Positions 62,601 through 64,000 of a DNA stretch of 64,000 nucleotides are shown here, piece by piece. The notes under the pieces were generated by a model that saw only the letters and a list, made by a program, of their open reading frames with translations, had not been told where the DNA came from and searched no databases. Made by a program: the position numbers and the translations under genes. This DNA comes from an uncultured Pseudomonadota bacterium (lineage in GTDB: Bacteria; Pseudomonadota; Alphaproteobacteria; JACZXZ01), in assembly GCA_963749075.1 (NCBI GenBank), contig CAVVLJ010000021.1, forward strand, positions 640,001-704,000. Reading direction: 5' to 3'. Within the stretch, counting starts at the first letter, position 1. Each line of letters opens with the position of its first letter.

Positions 62601-64000
62601 ATGCTGAATACCTTGAGGGCGACGCGGGGGATGGTCGTAGCACCCCATCACCTGGCGGCGGAGAGCGGGCTGGCCGTGCTGCGCGAGGGCGGCAACGCGA
62701 TCGAGGCCATGGTCGCGGCCTCGGCCGTCGCCATGGTGGTCTATCCGCACATGACCGGGCTCGGCGGCGACGGCTTCATGCTGATCTCGCCCCGCGGCGG
62801 CGCAGTGTCGGCGATCGAGGCCTGCGGCCGCGCCGCCGCTGCCGCCGATCTGGCGCTCTACCGCCGCCACGGCCTCGCGGCCATCCCGGCGCGCGGCCCG
62901 CTCGCCGCCATCACGGTCGCGGGCACGGTCTCCGGCTGGCAGGCAGCGCTCGCGGCAAGCGCCAGGCTCGGCGGCCGCATGAGCCTGGCACGCCTCCTCG
63001 ACGACGCCGCGTTCTACGCCCGCGAGGGTTATGCCGTCACCGCCACCCAGGCGGAGAACGCTGCTGCGAAGTGCCGCGAGCTCGCCGAGGTGCCGGGCTT
63101 CGCCGAGATCTACCTTCCCGGCGGTGCGGCGCCGGCGGAGGGCGGCCGCTTCAAGAACCCGGCACTCGCGGAAAGCCTGACCCGGCTCGCCGTGGCCGGC
63201 CTCGACGATTTCTACCGCGGCGAGCTGGCGCGGAGGATCGCCGCCGATCTCGCGCGCGCGGGCAGCCCCTTGGCGTACGCCGACCTCGCGGCCCATGGCG
63301 CGCGCGAGCCGGCTCCCCTCTCGCTCAAGCTCCGCTCCGCGCGCGTCTATAACGTGCCGCCGCCGAGCCAGGGCCTGGCCTCACTCGTCATTCTCGGCAT
63401 CTTCGACCGTCTCGGCGTTGCCGAGGCGGACGGCTTCGCCCATGTGCACGGCACCGTCGAGGCGACCAAGCACGGCTTCCGCGTGCGCGACGAGCAGCTC
63501 ACCGACCCCGACCATATGCGCGTGCCCGCCGAGGATTTCCTCGCCGATGGGGCGCTCGCGGAGATGGCGGCAAGGATCGACCGCGCGCGCGCCGGCCCCT
63601 GGACGCTCAATCCGGCGCCGGGCGACACCGTGTGGATGGGGGCGGTCGACGGGAACGGGCTCGCCGTGAGCTTCATCCACAGCATCTATTGGGAGTTCGG
63701 CTCGGGCGTGGCGCTGCGCGATACCGGCATCCTGTGGCAGAACCGCGGCATGGCCTTCTCGCTCCGGCCCGGCGCGCTCCACGAGCTCCTGCCGCGCCGC
63801 CGGCCCTTCCACACCAACAACCCGGCGCTCGCGCGCTTCGACGACGGGCGCGTCATGGTCTACGGCGCCATGGGCGGCGACGGCCAGCCGCAGAGCCAAG
63901 CCGCGGTCTTCACGCGCTACGGCCTCTTCGGCCGGCCGCTCCAGGAGGCGGTGACGGCGCCGCGCTGGGTGCTCGGGCGCACCTGGGGTCAGGAACGCAC
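62601..64000 (+). CDS. Second gamma-glutamyltransferase family protein, 3' end runs off the window
   Basis: MLNTLRATRGMVVAPHHLA...GLGGDGF...PPPSQG...GDTVW...NRG...MGGDGQPQ. Confidence 0.9.
   Translation, partial: MLNTLRATRGMVVAPHHLAAESGLAVLREGGNAIEAMVAASAVAMVVYPHMTGLGGDGFMLISPRGGAVSAIEACGRAAAAADLALYRRHGLAAIPARGPLAAITVAGTVSGWQAALAASARLGGRMSLARLLDDAAFYAREGYAVTATQAENAAAKCRELAEVPGFAEIYLPGGAAPAEGGRFKNPALAESLTRLAVAGLDDFYRGELARRIAADLARAGSPLAYADLAAHGAREPAPLSLKLRSARVYNVPPPSQGLASLVILGIFDRLGVAEADGFAHVHGTVEATKHGFRVRDEQLTDPDHMRVPAEDFLADGALAEMAARIDRARAGPWTLNPAPGDTVWMGAVDGNGLAVSFIHSIYWEFGSGVALRDTGILWQNRGMAFSLRPGALHELLPRRRPFHTNNPALARFDDGRVMVYGAMGGDGQPQSQAAVFTRYGLFGRPLQEAVTAPRWVLGRTWGQER

Overview
GC-rich alphaproteobacterial (Rhodospirillales-like) chromosome segment. 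The backbone is housekeeping: rsfS-nadD-proA/proB-obgE-rpmA-rplU; rmuC, def-fmt-truA, dapE-dapD, argB-engB-yidC-yidD-rnpA-rpmH; an RlmI-like methyltransferase, two gamma-glutamyltransferases and gpt. The main accessory region follows tRNA-Ser(CGA) at 9936-10025 and consists of two tandem integrated elements. Element A (about 10.0-16.8 kb) has a tyrosine integrase and a 14-bp duplication of the tRNA 3' end. It carries a divergent nucleotide-cyclase-like gene, a Sel1 protein, a long hairpin and two TA pairs. Element B (about 16.8-19.7 kb) has a large serine recombinase and an HNH nuclease. The most notable observation is that element B's crossover site lies inside the 3' end of its own recombinase gene. 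An in-frame alternative C-terminus (WRATTDDDEHYVYAIAL, resembling an ssrA tag) sits at the far end of the element, so the recombination state would switch the enzyme's tail. Other findings: several TA islets between core genes in which one partner, usually the toxin, is destroyed; a frameshifted GSU2403-like nucleotidyltransferase with paired palindromic operators splitting proBA; and an SBP / multi-GAF kinase / REC / REC-cyclase operon with identical internal linker repeats. All family calls come from motif recognition by eye, not database searches.
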